Shown here piece after piece: positions 61,479 through 64,000 of a stretch of 64,000 bases of DNA (position 1 is its first letter; every line of letters begins with the position of its first letter). Under the pieces are notes generated by a model. That model worked only from the letters and a program-made list of their open reading frames with translations, was not told the origin of the DNA and ran no database searches. Location of the stretch: contig JAFGVL010000072.1 in the NCBI GenBank assembly GCA_016938015.1, forward strand, positions 1,904-65,903, read 5' to 3'. This DNA comes from Paludibacteraceae bacterium. GTDB lineage: Bacteria; Bacteroidota; Bacteroidia; Bacteroidales; Paludibacteraceae. The position numbers and the translations under genes were made by a program.

Positions 61479-62258
61479 ATGTGTATGAGGTTTTTTGTAA
61501 CATATATGTGTGTTGTTTTTCCGTTGTTTATGTTTGCCATTAGTTTGCCCGAAATTGAAAGCGAATTAATTGCTTCGGTAAAAAAAATTAATTATTGGAA
61601 AGCGGCTCCGTATGATGCACATGAAAATTTTCGCAGTTTTGATTCGTTGTACATTGAAAACAATAATTTAAAAACAAAGATTTTAAACTACTGTGTTACC
61701 TATCCTGCCATGCTTAATTATCCGTTCGATTCGTTGAAAAATTATATTGATGTTGCTACTTCCGATGATAATAAATTCCGAATTTATTCGTGGTGGATTG
61801 GTGAAAAAGATAAGATGGAATATTTTGTAAATATTTTTCAATACGAAGCGCAAGGAAAAGTGTATGCAACTATGATTAACTATGATGATGAATACGACCC
61901 CAAAGGCTATTATTCTGAAATCTACAGCATACTGTTAGGGGGCGATATAACTATTTATATGGGGTATTTTCATGCATTTTATACGCCTAAAGATTTTTCT
62001 GACAGCTATCAAACTTTTCAAATAGTAGGACAGGAATTGCAAGATTCTATCCCTCTGTTTAAAATGAACGATAGTATTATGAGTTCCATAGAGGTGCTTT
62101 TTCATCCGGTTTCTCAAAGTAGATTTACTAAAAAATTACTGTTCTACAACTCTAAAAGACAACAAATAAAAATACGACAAACAGATAATTTTGGTATGAT
62201 TTTGTCAAAATACAAAAAACTTGTTTTTAACGGACGCTATTTTGAATACATAGAGTAA
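61479..62258 (+). CDS. Hypothetical secreted or membrane-anchored protein (259 aa)
   Basis: Hydrophobic N-terminus MRFFVTYMCVVFPLFMFA. I recognise no domain. The stop overlaps the next start (TAATG). Confidence 0.5.
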   Translation: MCMRFFVTYMCVVFPLFMFAISLPEIESELIASVKKINYWKAAPYDAHENFRSFDSLYIENNNLKTKILNYCVTYPAMLNYPFDSLKNYIDVATSDDNKFRIYSWWIGEKDKMEYFVNIFQYEAQGKVYATMINYDDEYDPKGYYSEIYSILLGGDITIYMGYFHAFYTPKDFSDSYQTFQIVGQELQDSIPLFKMNDSIMSSIEVLFHPVSQSRFTKKLLFYNSKRQQIKIRQTDNFGMILSKYKKLVFNGRYFEYIE

Positions 62259-63409
62259 TGAAAATAAAAAAGATATACTTTGTTTTTTCTCTTGTACTAT
62301 TTTTATTTAGTGCGGTATCGTGTGTAGATGAACCTACTTATGAGGTGGAATCAGTTTTAGATGACTACCTTCAACGGTTTCTTAACGAAGGTGCTCTAAG
62401 AGGCAAAACTTTCAATTTGGAAAAACAAGGTATCATTTTAAAATTTGGCGATTTAGATGCCGATGTGGCAGGAATTTGTTATTATGAAGACCCAATAAGA
62501 ATTCTTATTGACCAAGCTTACTGGGATAAAATAAGTAAAAGTGCCAATGCAGAAGATTTGCGCGAGAATCTTGTTTTTCATGAACTTGGTCATGGCTTAT
62601 TAGATAGAAGGCATATTAATGATTATTTGCCAAATGGCGATTGGAAATCAATTATGTGCGGAGGAACTGAAAAAGATAACCGTAGTTGGAATATTAATTT
62701 TAGATCTATAAGGCGGAGCTATTACTTGGATGAGCTTTTTAATCCGTCCACGCCTACGCCATATTGGGCAACAAAGGTGTTTGATGGTTCTGTTACCGAA
62801 ATGCCCATCATTGAAGATGACTTTACTACCTCCCTGAATTGGCCAACAGGAAATACCACAAAGTATTCGGCAAGTATAGAAAGTGGTTTGTATACATTTG
62901 AAAATAAAAGTACAGAAGGAACTTTTGTGGTGGTTAATATTCCTTTGCAAACAAGCTCCGATTTTTACATGGAAAGTAGTTTTAAAATTCAAGATGAATC
63001 AGTCAATACGCAATGTGGGTTGCTATTTGGCAACGCTGAATCTCCTGTGTCGGTCAATTATTTTTCTATTAACAATAATAAAAGAATGTTTGTGGGCCAT
63101 AACCATTGTTTTGGCTGGTATACCGAGTTGCTTAAAGCAGGGTTGTTTGCACAAAACTTTAATACTATCGGTCTGCGAAAAATCGGTCAGGACATTTATT
63201 ATTACATTAATGGAGAATGTGTTTATTGCGACCAATTAAGCATCAATAAGCAGGGAACGATATATGGCTTTGAGGTAGCCGGCTCTTGTACCTTGGTGGT
63301 AGATTATTTTAAGGTATATTCCAATACATTGCGAAGTGCATCTCTTGTAAAAACAGCTGTTGTTGAACCTATAACAGCAACCCCTAAAGCTGTATGGGGT
63401 AATAAATAG
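62258..63409 (+). CDS. Lipoprotein with an HExxH zinc-metallopeptidase-like motif and a C-terminal lectin/jelly-roll-like domain
   Basis: Lipobox LFSAVSC. NLVFHELGHGLLDRRH contains HExxH. The C-terminal ~190 aa are beta-rich. Confidence 0.55.
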   Translation: MKIKKIYFVFSLVLFLFSAVSCVDEPTYEVESVLDDYLQRFLNEGALRGKTFNLEKQGIILKFGDLDADVAGICYYEDPIRILIDQAYWDKISKSANAEDLRENLVFHELGHGLLDRRHINDYLPNGDWKSIMCGGTEKDNRSWNINFRSIRRSYYLDELFNPSTPTPYWATKVFDGSVTEMPIIEDDFTTSLNWPTGNTTKYSASIESGLYTFENKSTEGTFVVVNIPLQTSSDFYMESSFKIQDESVNTQCGLLFGNAESPVSVNYFSINNNKRMFVGHNHCFGWYTELLKAGLFAQNFNTIGLRKIGQDIYYYINGECVYCDQLSINKQGTIYGFEVAGSCTLVVDYFKVYSNTLRSASLVKTAVVEPITATPKAVWGNK

Positions 63410-63428
63410 AAAACAAATACATTAACAG

Positions 63429-64000
63429 ATGAATATTTACCAAGTTTTACCACGTTTATTCGGCAATACTGTTGCAACCAACAACCCTAATGGTACATTA
63501 GCAGAAAATGGTTGCGGAAAACTCAATGATTTTAATTCGAAAGCCCTATCTGCAATTAAAGATATGGGTTTTACGCATATTTGGTATACGGGGGTAATAG
63601 AGCATGCCTCACAAACAAGTTATAACTCCTATAACATTTCGGCCGACCATCAGGGTGTAGTAAAAGGTTTGGCAGGGTCACCTTATGCCATAAAAGATTA
63701 CTACGATATTGCTCCCGATTTAGCGGTAGATATTCCTTCTCGTATGCAGGAGTTCGAAAATCTGGTACAAAGAACTCACGAAGCCGGCTTACAAGTACTT
63801 ATTGATTTAGTACCAAACCATGTGGCTCGTCAGTATAAATCGGATGCTAAACCAGCTAAGGTTAATGATTTAGGACAAAATGATCGTTCTGATTTTGCCT
63901 TTAGTCCCAAAAATAATTTCTATTATATTCCTTATCAGGAGTTTGTACCTCAATTTGATGCAAAAGGATATCAGGAGTTTCCGGCAAAAGCTACCGGTAA
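63429..64000 (+). CDS. Alpha-amylase family (GH13) glycoside hydrolase, N-terminal 190 codons; 3' end outside window
   Basis: This ORF is not in the track because it is open to the window end. It reads MNIYQVLPRLFGN...MGFTHIWYTGVIEH...GSPYAIKDYYDIAPDL...LQVLIDLVPNHVA, where DLVPNH is GH13 conserved region I. Confidence 0.8.
   Translation, partial: MNIYQVLPRLFGNTVATNNPNGTLAENGCGKLNDFNSKALSAIKDMGFTHIWYTGVIEHASQTSYNSYNISADHQGVVKGLAGSPYAIKDYYDIAPDLAVDIPSRMQEFENLVQRTHEAGLQVLIDLVPNHVARQYKSDAKPAKVNDLGQNDRSDFAFSPKNNFYYIPYQEFVPQFDAKGYQEFPAKATG

Noticed and set aside
1-64000. Search for tRNA, rRNA, tmRNA/RNase P-like GC-rich structured RNAs, CRISPR arrays, integrases, transposases and known defence genes
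   Set aside because: Every intergenic region longer than 100 bp was read by eye. None shows cloverleaf-type stems, regularly spaced direct repeats of 25-40 bp, or GC-rich structured blocks. No ORF has recombinase, transposase, nuclease-helicase or reverse-transcriptase motifs. A covariance-model scan (tRNAscan-SE, Infernal/Rfam) would be needed to exclude small RNAs formally.

Overview
This is an AT-rich chromosomal segment, roughly one-third G+C by eye. Gene content and signals point to Bacteroidota: T9SS C-terminal sorting domains, a TonB-dependent receptor with a carboxypeptidase-regulatory N-domain, a PPi-dependent phosphofructokinase with the GGDDS motif, a divergent TamB/TsaD pair, and TAnnTTTG-type promoter elements. 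About two thirds is tightly packed housekeeping: dnaK, bcp, ridA, folB, tamB, tsaD, coaX, lptC, a GldE-like CNNM protein, ppiD-like, rlmN, pdxA, pfp, rarA, tpx and lpxH-like.

Five patches look accessory or regulatory.

(1) A phosphate-acquisition cluster at 52.8-61.4 kb holds a porin, pstSCAB-phoU and a T9SS-secreted metallophosphoesterase. An OmpR-type two-component system sits at 35.0-37.6 kb. The porin, pstS and response-regulator promoters share a nearly identical array of 7-mers on an exact 11-bp register, fused to a -7-like box. I read this as a candidate Bacteroidota Pho box.

(2) An 8.6-kb RND efflux island (44.1-52.7 kb) has unusual accessory genes. It is bracketed by an exact 18-nt direct repeat, gene fragments (TetR N-terminus, HPP C-terminus) and a roughly 214-bp MITE-like element.

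(3) Two inverted clusters of tandem CGCAAWGG 9-mers lie between rarA and pfp.

(4) A decayed HTATIP2-like oxidoreductase pseudogene has lost its 5' end at the 3' end of a T9SS cargo gene.

(5) A TonB-dependent receptor is paired with a beta-helix lipoprotein rather than a SusD partner.

I found no rRNA, tRNA, CRISPR array, integrase or transposase. All family names come from motif recognition by eye. No database search was run, and DUF numbers are recalled, not verified.
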